Shown here piece by piece: positions 9,901 to 18,879 of a DNA stretch of 64,000 nt. Positions within the stretch are counted from its first letter, which is position 1, and each line of letters begins with the position of its first letter. The translations under genes and the position numbers were made by a program. This DNA comes from a virus (Duplodnaviria > Caudoviricetes), in the IMG/VR virus record IMGVR_UViG_3300048035_000179, positions 44-64,043 of that record; one strand, 5' to 3'. The notes under the pieces are model-generated. The model saw nothing but the letters and a program-made list of their open reading frames with translations. It did no database searches and had not been told where the DNA came from.

Positions 9901-12900
9901 ATCTACTGAGGCAAGTGGAAATTTGTTTTTTATTTTATTCTTTACCTCATAAACAGATTTTTGATGCGTGTTAAAATGTGCATCTTTAATAGTTACAGCA
10001 GCCTTGTAAGTTAAAGCCTCACCTCTGAAGTTTCCTACTACACCGTTTACTTTTTTATAGTTATCTGTTTTAGACCCTTTGTGTATAGTTTGTACAGGGA
10101 CTTTAGTATTCTTAAATACATTTAAGTTTAATCTAACACCAACATTATCTCCTGTCTTTGGATTTATTCCTTTAGCAAGTATTCTTTGTGATGTCTTATC
10201 AGTACTTAATGCTTCATCAACTTGCTCTTGAGTTATTTTATTAGTAGTTGGTAATGAGAATAATGCAAGATCAGACTCATTTACTACGTCAGCCTCAGAT
10301 ACTATTTCGTCTGATTTTTGGTCACTCTTAACTTTTAAAGATGTTGTAGTTACACCGTAACTTGGATATATCTGTTTTAATGTTTTCTTAGAACCATCTT
10401 CATTTACTTGATCATCTATTTCAAAACTTTCAGACCATGTTTTTCTATCGGTTAATATATTTAATTTAACTTTTGAATCTTTATTTGCCATCTGTATGGC
10501 TTTAGGGTAAGATTCATGATCCTTTGAATCTACTGCCTTTACAGGACCTTCAGCCTCTAATACAGCATACACTTTACCAGATTCTGTTTCGTTTCTTAAA
10601 ATAGGTTCTCCAATAATATAACTAACAGCAGATCTAAGATTACTCATAGATACTTTACCTCCCGTTGAGGTCATTCCTGGGAACTGTCTCTTAAAAAAGT
10701 TGGCTAGTTTTTTTGATGCATTGACATTTTGTTTGTTGAGTTTATTTGCAATACTTCTAAAAACCTCATCTGAAAACAACTTTCTATCATTAAATGTTGA
10801 ATTATCAGCACCAAGTTTTTTTCTTATTTCAGATTTAATTTCTTCTAAAGACATTTTGTTAGATAGATTCATACCTAATCCAACATCCTTTAGTTTAAAT
10901 TCTTCTTTCCCTGTTTTAGGGTTTTCTACTTTAATTCTTATTTTTTTTGATGTATTTGCCGCTATAACTAAAGATCTTTTAGTTCTTTGTTCTGTTAAAC
11001 CTAAAGTTTTAACAAAAGAATCTGAAGTAAATAAATCGACTACACCATTTGCGGCAGTTGTAGACGACATAACTTTAGTTGGAGGTGCGGTAGTAAGTGC
11101 CATTCTTATTTTACCGTCTGGAGAACTTGCTAATGCTTCGTTTAAAAGTTTAACCATACTATTCGCAGCACCTGAAGTAGATGCCCAAAAGAAACCTTTA
11201 TCATGAAACTTAATAGGATAATACATACCACCTTTACCCTCTATAAGTACATTACCATCCTTAGATATCTGTCCAGAGAACGCAAAATCAGGAGAATGAA
11301 GAATCATGTTTGTTCCTGCAAAGTCAGAAAGTTTTTTAGATTTATCAATAAAACCATCTTCTACTAACTGAGCGAAAACTTCTCCATTCTTATCGTAGGT
11401 AAACTCTATTCCAGTTTCAGGATCAATGTAGTTTGCTTGGAATAATAATGTTTGTCCGTTTTCATCAACCTTAACTTCAGGTTCAGATTTTATTTCTGTA
11501 GGTGCTATTTGTTCACCTGTTATAATCTCTGTTGATGCGAGTTCGATAAACTCCCGTAAAGTTAAATCTTCTATCGCTTGCTTGGGATCAATACCAAATT
11601 GTTGTTTAATAAAATCAAAAACATCTTTTAAATACTGTTCCCATTTAGATTGCTGCGTAGAATCTTCATACAATTTAGCACCTCTTCTACCAATGGCAAT
11701 TGCCAAGGCTTCATCTAATATTTTCTCCTCTGTATATACCTTAGCCTGATCAGGGTCACTTGCTATTCTTTCCCTAAGTTCTTGTTCTATTTTACTACCT
11801 TTAATTAATTCTAAACCTTTCTTATGTAGTTCAGGTCTTTGTGTTTCAGCAACTTTACTCCACACATGTCCAAATTCATGGATTGGTGTGTCTTTGGTCG
11901 CAGTCTTAGGGTTGATAATAATAGTATTGTTAGCGGGATTGAATACACCTTTTGCACCTTTTGCTGATGCATCTGTTACCCCTGCTTTTTTAGCAAGATC
12001 AGTTATCGCTTTTTCATCTACAACAACCTCTACTCCTGGAAAGTTTTTCTTTAGTTTTTCAATTAAAGGAGTTAAGTAATCGTTGTTTGCTTTTGCTGTG
12101 TTAACCTCTTCTTTTGTAAATATTGGTTTTGGGTTTGTTTTAGTCTTAGTATTTGTAACTTCTACAGGGTCTGCGATGATAGTGTTATCTGTAGTAGATT
12201 CATTTGTTTTAGTTTGATCTGTTTGTTGGTCACCCTCAACTTCAGGTTTTGGTTCACTCTCAATATTTTCTTCAGTAGAAACCTCTGGTCTAGCACCAAA
12301 TATATCCTCAAATGTATTATCAAAACCCTTGTCCTCTGCAACCTGTTGTTCAGTTCTTACAGGAGGTGTTTCTGTTTTACTATCCGCTTCTTTTTTAGTT
12401 TTACTTTCTGCTACTATCTCCTCAATAGATTTTTTATTACCATCAAGTATGTTGTATATAGCATCTTGTATTTTAGCGTTTTCTTTGTCAAGTTTTTCTC
12501 TAACAGCAGGAATATAATTTATTCCTTTCATTGACTCCTGAATATTATTTGATCTTTGAATTAAACTTAGTAATTCTGTTTCAGTTTCTGGAGTTAAGTC
12601 TTTTGTTCCAACAGTTGCTTTTTCCATCTGATTAAACAGATCCTTAAACCTTGTTTTAGTTACATCAGCCTGTTCTTTTGTATAAAATAACATATCTCCA
12701 GACTCTGGGTCCATATATTGCTTCCCAACTAAATCATCTGTTCTTTTAAAAAACTTATCTTGCGCTTTGTATGCAGAATATGTAGCCATTTGTTGAAGTG
12801 CTGATTGACTAGTAATATTCATTGGACCTGTACCAGTACCTGCTGCTAAACCGTAAATTGCTGCATCAACAGCCTCACCTCTAGACCACTCTATTTCAAA

Positions 12901-14943
12901 CTTTTTTTCAGGAGTTAAAAACTGATTAAACCCATATCTTGTAGCATTTAGAAATGGAATTTCTGCCAACTCTTCTGCCATTTCTTTTCCACCTTGTTTA
13001 AAAACCTCTTGCATTGCAAACTTAAAAGACTGTTTTTTAGTCTCACCTTTAGCCAGAAAATCTATATATCTTTTTGTTAATTCTGATGCTGCCTTTTTTT
13101 CTCCTATTAAATAGAACTGTGGGTTAAATTGAGCAATTCCTGCAACGACTAAAGAACCTGATAATGCGAAAGCACTTGCTTCAGCAGGAGACATTCCATT
13201 TCTTATAGCCTCCTCATACAAACCATTATGCGTCTGTCCAGTTACTGCGGCTGTTAAACCAATTCTATTTGCTACAGATGATTTACTTAAAAAGTTACCA
13301 ACTTTAGTTCCTTTTGCAAGAGTACCTGTACCTTTTACACCTGCTCCAATACCTTTTGTACCAAACATAAGTATTCCAAGGTCTGCTACAACGCCAGTAA
13401 AAGTAGGCAAAGCACTCTCATAGTTCCACTGTCCCTCAGATTTATAATCTTCTGGGTTTGCTTCATATTTTTCTATTACACTCTTAACTATCTTTGGGTC
13501 TTTTACAATAAAACCATCAGCATCTCGTACAGATTTTGGGGTTTTAGTTTTATCTCCTAGATAATTATCCGTAAGTGTTAACTGGTAGTCGTCTACTCTT
13601 GCAACCTCTTCAAACAAACCTCTTTCTTTTCTTGATGAGATTCCAGTTGACATTAACGTGTTTTGACTGAACTCCTTACTTAACATTCTCTCCGCACCTT
13701 CGGCAAATGCATCTGTCCAACCATACTCGTTATTAAATGATAGAGTTCTTGGAAGGGCTGCCAATTCTCTAATACCTTTGGCTAACGCACCAAGTATTGG
13801 TTTTGATATTCCATCTACCAAGAAGTTTGGCATAGGACCTTGAGTTGTAAATACAGGTAGATCATACTTATCTTGCATGTCAATAAACTCCTGTGTTTTC
13901 TCTAGTTTCTTTTGATTTTCTACAAACTCTGGATTTCTATTTTTAAAATCCTCACTTACGTCTCTTAACTTGTGAAGAATATTTATGGCTCTTTGATAGT
14001 TTTTAAACTCAGGCAAACTATTTAGTTGCTGAAATCTATCTTGCATATCATTATAACTGCCATATATAAGTTGTTTTTTACCCGCAGCCTTTTTATCTAA
14101 ATTTATTTCAGCACCCTCATCTAGTAAATCATTTATTTGATCTTGTAAATCAGCAACCAACTCAGGGTCTTTAGCAACCTCGATCTTTTTTTGTAGATCT
14201 TTTATTTGTGTACTTGTAGAATTAAGTTGATTTATTAAAAAGCCATACTCATCTCCATAATCTTTCCATACTTGACTGTTTTCTGTGTTATCTACAACAG
14301 CAAACATATCTTTAGATATTTTGTTTATAGCCTTTTGCTCAAACTGACCTTTTTCTATGCCAGTTAATTTTCCTTCATTATAATTTAATTGTCCTGCTAA
14401 AAGATTTTCTTCAGAATTTATAGAATAATTTCTAACAACATCCTCAAAACTAGCACCTTTAGTCACTAAATCAGATGCTGACGCAGCACCTTTTTTTGCA
14501 CGTTCTAAGGCAACTTGTTGTTCTGCCTTTTTCTTTTTTTCTTTATTAGAATCTATTATTGCCTGAGTTCTAGGTGATATTCTTCTAGAATTTCCACCTG
14601 GACCACCACCCAATGTTTTAGGGTTAGTCATATTACTTCTAACAGCATCAGTTGATTGATCTACAAAAGTAGAAGAGGAAGCATTAAATCTAGGTAAGTT
14701 ATCCGCTGTAGTTGGTACATCATTTATTTTAAGTTCTGGTGCAGGAAGAAATTTATCTGCGTTGAACTGATTAAAATTGTCGTAACCAAAAATATCTTTC
14801 TGAGAGTCTCCTACTTTTTCAAATACTTTTTTTCTGTATTCTTCTGACTGCATTTGAAATTTAAACTCATCAAATGTCCTTTTCTGAGGACCATACAATC
14901 TTGTTATCTCGTCATATGCGGCAAGTAATTCTTTATCCTCCAT
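6949..14943 (-). CDS. Giant virion/ejection protein (polyvalent type) with a zincin HExxH motif
   Basis: 2664 aa at the end of the ejection-protein block. Contains KGVFNP..NTIIINP...DTPIHEFGH...DEALA and a hydrophobic Gly/Ala-rich segment. No DxDGD RNAP motif seen. Confidence 0.75.
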   Translation of the reverse strand: MEDKELLAAYDEITRLYGPQKRTFDEFKFQMQSEEYRKKVFEKVGDSQKDIFGYDNFNQFNADKFLPAPELKINDVPTTADNLPRFNASSSTFVDQSTDAVRSNMTNPKTLGGGPGGNSRRISPRTQAIIDSNKEKKKKAEQQVALERAKKGAASASDLVTKGASFEDVVRNYSINSEENLLAGQLNYNEGKLTGIEKGQFEQKAINKISKDMFAVVDNTENSQVWKDYGDEYGFLINQLNSTSTQIKDLQKKIEVAKDPELVADLQDQINDLLDEGAEINLDKKAAGKKQLIYGSYNDMQDRFQQLNSLPEFKNYQRAINILHKLRDVSEDFKNRNPEFVENQKKLEKTQEFIDMQDKYDLPVFTTQGPMPNFLVDGISKPILGALAKGIRELAALPRTLSFNNEYGWTDAFAEGAERMLSKEFSQNTLMSTGISSRKERGLFEEVARVDDYQLTLTDNYLGDKTKTPKSVRDADGFIVKDPKIVKSVIEKYEANPEDYKSEGQWNYESALPTFTGVVADLGILMFGTKGIGAGVKGTGTLAKGTKVGNFLSKSSVANRIGLTAAVTGQTHNGLYEEAIRNGMSPAEASAFALSGSLVVAGIAQFNPQFYLIGEKKAASELTKRYIDFLAKGETKKQSFKFAMQEVFKQGGKEMAEELAEIPFLNATRYGFNQFLTPEKKFEIEWSRGEAVDAAIYGLAAGTGTGPMNITSQSALQQMATYSAYKAQDKFFKRTDDLVGKQYMDPESGDMLFYTKEQADVTKTRFKDLFNQMEKATVGTKDLTPETETELLSLIQRSNNIQESMKGINYIPAVREKLDKENAKIQDAIYNILDGNKKSIEEIVAESKTKKEADSKTETPPVRTEQQVAEDKGFDNTFEDIFGARPEVSTEENIESEPKPEVEGDQQTDQTKTNESTTDNTIIADPVEVTNTKTKTNPKPIFTKEEVNTAKANNDYLTPLIEKLKKNFPGVEVVVDEKAITDLAKKAGVTDASAKGAKGVFNPANNTIIINPKTATKDTPIHEFGHVWSKVAETQRPELHKKGLELIKGSKIEQELRERIASDPDQAKVYTEEKILDEALAIAIGRRGAKLYEDSTQQSKWEQYLKDVFDFIKQQFGIDPKQAIEDLTLREFIELASTEIITGEQIAPTEIKSEPEVKVDENGQTLLFQANYIDPETGIEFTYDKNGEVFAQLVEDGFIDKSKKLSDFAGTNMILHSPDFAFSGQISKDGNVLIEGKGGMYYPIKFHDKGFFWASTSGAANSMVKLLNEALASSPDGKIRMALTTAPPTKVMSSTTAANGVVDLFTSDSFVKTLGLTEQRTKRSLVIAANTSKKIRIKVENPKTGKEEFKLKDVGLGMNLSNKMSLEEIKSEIRKKLGADNSTFNDRKLFSDEVFRSIANKLNKQNVNASKKLANFFKRQFPGMTSTGGKVSMSNLRSAVSYIIGEPILRNETESGKVYAVLEAEGPVKAVDSKDHESYPKAIQMANKDSKVKLNILTDRKTWSESFEIDDQVNEDGSKKTLKQIYPSYGVTTTSLKVKSDQKSDEIVSEADVVNESDLALFSLPTTNKITQEQVDEALSTDKTSQRILAKGINPKTGDNVGVRLNLNVFKNTKVPVQTIHKGSKTDNYKKVNGVVGNFRGEALTYKAAVTIKDAHFNTHQKSVYEVKNKIKNKFPLASVDGKYQEVPLDKQNYSGVEIGFNPMKNSLFVDSDGKPVKRADEVTIVGTKVYARGNVEYFTEENKPKEYSPSFQLDGKNPVTEDQINQALQRAKDNGLDKAKVIDYLNRRFPDYTTERLSELYEGNITPESDKPSANRKYTSRLAEVLSSETFEALSEDAKKYVPRSNQITDAEAQIMFDQLGVDESVKVIKQNPEYLLPEVRIALTNKVIVELESEVQKLRDEGKLAESETISAGINGIVEMMSKEGTRSGRFIQAFRMLNALSADRTIALIEKQLEQNGKNPLTEEEKNKLKDLIKTEKAAAEGLPKSKAVAELYKYKMSILGASGKDLFEAYFYGAILSGVTTQERNIVANWMSITSELLVTSVREAMKGNPQAMFYAPLGMIKGFAKGWLNAKNILKTGVRSARADKMDNPQLLEWWRWNTNSKGLNKALNSPWYTLNPWSPNVLKYVNRGMVAFDQMFYHAAKDMQAFALASKLKRGKNVTPEDLKKANDILNPPKEYIEDAVKEAKTEGFEEGTTEFKIRVHELVEAKRDLTIQGTAESFGSKTTFNYDPEGGLSYIYDGVVMLRNREKIGPIITTFIPFARVLTNVFNRFLHWTPVGFITATKSGKSGIKEFIPFSGLKFTTDSNGKKRLKNEASVRVTGGKVRALTSDEKSDLMIKATIGTSTMLGLYATLMKGLDEPDEDQWFKITAAGPTDYKKRYELQKGGWKPFTVSFGDVSFSYKDHPMFFIFVSAGTLYESNKYGNVIEDDLAAYVVGQTAMSMTGQSWLQGIEDLGGLMNREDWDKKVANKLFGTISSIVIPNFHKQKIRLMMDILDDPIKSRANGTFASAMSQLYRDIPMANSGLYDLVDSMGDPVIPNQSEKYIPFEFAIGDDADPIAKLLTNNGIFIGFPSNQRKTINFETGENRDMTSDEYMVYKIRAAKETGKALRRNLETLRNLSKTNQTEVMQDFVATLKKEARDAAFIDVFYSGGYEKYRKE

Positions 14944-14955
14944 AATAAAATTTAT

Positions 14956-16749
14956 TTATAAAACGTCACCATCTAAAATTAATGCCATATCCTCACCAGA
15001 TAGAACCTGTTTCTCTGTGTCATCATTAAAATATACAACGTAATTAAATTTACCAGAGCCCGCAATTCCAATATTAGGTGCACCCTTTTCTATACTTTTG
15101 ATAATAGCACCTCCACCTAGTTTCTCAACAGATTTACCAACCAATGCCGTGTTTAATGCTTTAGCATATTTTGTTATCTGATCGACATTTTTAGTTGTAG
15201 CCATATCTTTGAAAGAAAAACCATCAATTGTCTGAAGTGATGTTGCTGCTCTAAGTTGATTTGCTCTAGCCTCGTTAGTATTGTCTTCATTTAAAATTCT
15301 TCTCCTATAGTCAAACCCTTGTAATGATTTATTTGCAGGCTCCCAATTACCACTAGAGAAATCCTCTGGAGTCATTTGACTTGCGGGTTTTGTTTTTCCA
15401 GATTTGTCTTTATAGAACTGTTCAATCTCGAAAGCACCTCTTCCTTGGTTATAGTATTGTGAGGTATTAGCGTCTGTCATACTGAAACCATTATCTGCTT
15501 CAGCAGCCATAGTTACAAGCATGTTAAACTCACTCTTACCATATTTTTTTATTCCTTTACCATCCCCTAAATCAACATATAATGCATCCTCATTAGGTAC
15601 TGATAACACTGATGTTGGAGGTAAACTTCCTCCTTTTCCTGAAAGTTTTCTAAGGTTAATATTTTGGAACTGATCGGTTATATCAAAACCTTTCTTTACC
15701 TTATTTTCAAAATTAAATTGTTCTTGAGATCTATCTCCAATGATAGAGTCATCTCCAGTAATTGCTCTTGCTAAAGTTGTTAATGTAATATCTGCACTAT
15801 TAGCCTGATTTTTAGGAGCACTATTTTGTCCAGGTTGGAAGTTAGCGTTTTTCTGAGAAACAGACTTGTAATCTGGGATTACTTGTTTCATTTGTTCATT
15901 GATAAACTCTTTTCTTGTTGCTACTTCAAATGCCTTAAGTGCTTCTGGAGTGAAAGATTGACCCTTAAGTTTGTCACGAACATATGAATCCATCATAGCC
16001 ATGTTTGCCTTACCTGATGTGTACCATTTATCAACTAACTCTTGTGGAACATCAGATGCTTTTTCAAAAACTGGAACAGATTGACCACCTTTTAGTTTAT
16101 AAAACATGGTTTTTTCACTGTTATAAACACTTTGAGTCATAGTTTTAAAATCTCCAATATCTTCACCTTCTCCCACATTAGAACTACCGTATACTAATTT
16201 ACCAATCTTGTCTACAAAGTCCTCTCTAACTAAATCTTGATTTACGTTTTTTACGTTTCCTAAAAAGCCTTTATAACCATTAGCATACGCCTTATTAGTA
16301 AGTTCTATGTTTGTACTATCTTCCTGAAACTTAAAAAAGTTTTCTTCTTTATAGTACTTACTATCTTCGTCTGTATCATAATTATCTTTACCCCTAGCAA
16401 GTGTTGCTGTAACGTTTGCTTGCTTTTGAGTGGCAACTTTAAGTTTTGCGGTTGCTTTATTTAAGGCTGTAGCATACTCTTTAGAGTTTGAGTTATAACC
16501 TGTAAGGTTAGCAATATCATCCATTACGTCTTTAGTAATCTCTGTACTAAAGTGTCCAGAAATAACTCCATCCATTAACGCTTGCTCACGCTCATACTTC
16601 TGTTTTTTTTCATTAGTAATAGCCTGATTCAAGGACTCAGAAACTGCGTTTGTCGCTTGATTACCATCACTAATAAAACCTGGTATAAAATTAGGAGGAA
16701 GTTTTGTAGTTGTATCCTGTCCTAAAAGGGTTGCTGTGTATTTTGCCAT
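14956..16749 (-). CDS. Putative internal virion/ejection protein
   Basis: Located between the pilot-like protein and the giant protein. Helical composition. Confidence 0.6.
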   Translation of the reverse strand: MAKYTATLLGQDTTTKLPPNFIPGFISDGNQATNAVSESLNQAITNEKKQKYEREQALMDGVISGHFSTEITKDVMDDIANLTGYNSNSKEYATALNKATAKLKVATQKQANVTATLARGKDNYDTDEDSKYYKEENFFKFQEDSTNIELTNKAYANGYKGFLGNVKNVNQDLVREDFVDKIGKLVYGSSNVGEGEDIGDFKTMTQSVYNSEKTMFYKLKGGQSVPVFEKASDVPQELVDKWYTSGKANMAMMDSYVRDKLKGQSFTPEALKAFEVATRKEFINEQMKQVIPDYKSVSQKNANFQPGQNSAPKNQANSADITLTTLARAITGDDSIIGDRSQEQFNFENKVKKGFDITDQFQNINLRKLSGKGGSLPPTSVLSVPNEDALYVDLGDGKGIKKYGKSEFNMLVTMAAEADNGFSMTDANTSQYYNQGRGAFEIEQFYKDKSGKTKPASQMTPEDFSSGNWEPANKSLQGFDYRRRILNEDNTNEARANQLRAATSLQTIDGFSFKDMATTKNVDQITKYAKALNTALVGKSVEKLGGGAIIKSIEKGAPNIGIAGSGKFNYVVYFNDDTEKQVLSGEDMALILDGDVL

Positions 16750-16761
16750 AATTATTTTTTA

Positions 16762-17367
16762 TTATCCGTTTCCAAAGAAACCTGTGTTACCTGCTGCAAT
16801 ACCTGATTTTTGCATATTCATAAGACCTTGACCTGTTTGCTGTAACCCACCAAAAGTCATCTGTCTTGAGGCTGCATTATTAGCCATAGTCATCTGAACC
16901 TTTTGATTAAATGGATCTAACTCATTTAATTTAAAAGCCTGATCTTTTGCTTGTGCAAGATTTACTAATGATTGAGATAATTTTGCTTCTCTTTTATCAC
17001 GCTCTGCTGCGCCAGACATTCTATTCTTAATTAAGGCATCTTGCATTGATGCATCTGCTGAAACACCAACTGCTAACATATCTTCTAGAGAACCTGATCC
17101 CCTTGAAACATTAGCCAACTGATTTTGTTTATTAGTGAACAACGCATTTTTCATATCTTGCTGATCATCAAGCCTACCGTCAATCCTTGTTCTTGCACGC
17201 TCCATGTCTTGTGATATTTCTTTAGGAATTTGATACGTTGGTCTCTCTGCTAAAAGGCGTTCAATTTCTCTTTGACGCTTCTTTTTTCCAAAAATACCTG
17301 AAGCCATTTGTGCTAATCCACCTACCGCTTGCATTCCTGCTCCAACTAAACCTGCTGTTAATGCCAT
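16762..17367 (-). CDS. Putative pilot/ejection protein
   Basis: Gly/Ala-rich hydrophobic N-terminus followed by coiled coil, typical of podovirus ejection proteins. Confidence 0.65.
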   Translation of the reverse strand: MALTAGLVGAGMQAVGGLAQMASGIFGKKKRQREIERLLAERPTYQIPKEISQDMERARTRIDGRLDDQQDMKNALFTNKQNQLANVSRGSGSLEDMLAVGVSADASMQDALIKNRMSGAAERDKREAKLSQSLVNLAQAKDQAFKLNELDPFNQKVQMTMANNAASRQMTFGGLQQTGQGLMNMQKSGIAAGNTGFFGNG

Positions 17368-17377
17368 AATGTATATT

Positions 17378-18874
17378 TTATGTTGTGTGTCCTTTACTCG
17401 TTATATATCCGATATTAGAGTGTTTTACCTCTAAATCATTGTCTCTAAAAGTCATGAAAACTTTTAAATATTGTCCTCTTAGTTTTGTCCCCCTCATTAA
17501 TCTATCCCCATATGTGGCGTTATCACTAACGTTAGGATCATTAACATCCCCAAACATATCTGAGTAATAAGTACCTTCTCTTTTTATATAGTCATCTGAT
17601 AGAAGATCACTATTCATTACCCAGTTATCTACCGTTTCAAATTTAGTTATTCTAGGTTTTGCGTTACCCTCAACTGCATGAGTCATAAAAACCTTTGGTT
17701 GTGACGGAGCCACATTCTCAATGTAACTAACTTGAGTAGGATATTTACCGTTGTAAAAATAGTTTTTATTATTTACATCATCATGAATAAATAACTCTCC
17801 ATTTACAAATGAAGCAAATGTTGTTTTGAATGTAGAATAGTACTCTGGTGTAAAAGAATATCTTGTAACCCATCTACTTGCATCTTGACTCCAGGCTATC
17901 GTTTGCTTCGCACCTACCTGTATTTCCTGAGTGACTTCTTCAACTTTTTTGTAAATTTTTACATTAGTTTGCCAATCATAATTACCTGTATTACTATTAG
18001 TGAAATTAAAATCTATTTGTGGATTAGACCCATGAGTTTCAGATATAGTTACCTCAACACCAGAATTAGAATACCCACTTGCTAAATCATTAACAGAAAA
18101 AATATTTGTATCTGCATAACCCATTGTAATATCTAAATCAGTCTCAGCAGTTGTAGCAGTGTCAGAGTCAACTATTTTGTATATAATACCACCACCAAAT
18201 ATATCACCTACAGAAACATTATCTGTTGTTGTCTGACGTCTAACTGCTCTAACTCTAAAATTATGATGTTTTTCTCTACCAAACTGTGCCCCTCCCGCAG
18301 AATTAGGATTAAAAGACATACTAAAAACTGGCGTTCTTGTCTGTAAATAACTAGATTCAAATGAAGCCCAGTAATTTTTTACAATAGCCCATTCATGATT
18401 TTTTCTAAGTTTTGAACCTCCGTTATTTGTAATAATAGGATCTAATACAGACATTAAATTATACAAAACGCTTAACTCATATACCGTAGGTAGATACCAA
18501 TCATTATATGTTACTCCACCTACAGTTCTTGAAATATCTGATGCGATCTTAGCAGCAGACGATTCGTGTTTTTCTTGATTTATTATTTGAGTAGTATTGT
18601 ATGCCCCATCTGAACTTGAAGCACCTGCATAATAATTTTCATTAGTTTCTTGAACACTTCCACGAACATTACTCCAATGAATGTTTTCTGATTTAACTGT
18701 TTGATAATCACTTCTTGATAAATTTTCCTCTGCAATAGAATGAGGATTACCTTCCTGCAAATCAACAATGTAAACTGTTTTATCAGTGGTAGTAGGAATC
18801 TCATTACTAATATCAAAAACTATCTTGATTTCGTCTCCTGGGTTAAAGTCTGTATTTATAGTGAAATTACTCAT
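17378..18874 (-). CDS. Tail stabilization (muzzle) protein, C-terminal part, with a DUF1566/Lcl_C domain
   Basis: DWYLPT..EL, YW.S and FRVRAVRR indicate DUF1566. These are followed by TIAWS...RWVTRYSF.PE and KREG.YY...LRGQY, typical of crAss-like muzzle C-termini. Confidence 0.65.
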   Translation of the reverse strand: MSNFTINTDFNPGDEIKIVFDISNEIPTTTDKTVYIVDLQEGNPHSIAEENLSRSDYQTVKSENIHWSNVRGSVQETNENYYAGASSSDGAYNTTQIINQEKHESSAAKIASDISRTVGGVTYNDWYLPTVYELSVLYNLMSVLDPIITNNGGSKLRKNHEWAIVKNYWASFESSYLQTRTPVFSMSFNPNSAGGAQFGREKHHNFRVRAVRRQTTTDNVSVGDIFGGGIIYKIVDSDTATTAETDLDITMGYADTNIFSVNDLASGYSNSGVEVTISETHGSNPQIDFNFTNSNTGNYDWQTNVKIYKKVEEVTQEIQVGAKQTIAWSQDASRWVTRYSFTPEYYSTFKTTFASFVNGELFIHDDVNNKNYFYNGKYPTQVSYIENVAPSQPKVFMTHAVEGNAKPRITKFETVDNWVMNSDLLSDDYIKREGTYYSDMFGDVNDPNVSDNATYGDRLMRGTKLRGQYLKVFMTFRDNDLEVKHSNIGYITSKGHTT

Positions 18875-18879
18875 ATTCC

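Noticed and set aside
6949-14943. crAss-type virion RNA polymerase
   Set aside because: No DxDxD catalytic motif of the DFDGD/DFDID type was recognised. A zincin motif is present instead.
17378-18874. Diversity-generating retroelement suggested by the DUF1566 domain
   Set aside because: No reverse transcriptase (no YxDD ORF), no Avd, and I found no template/variable repeat pair differing at adenines.
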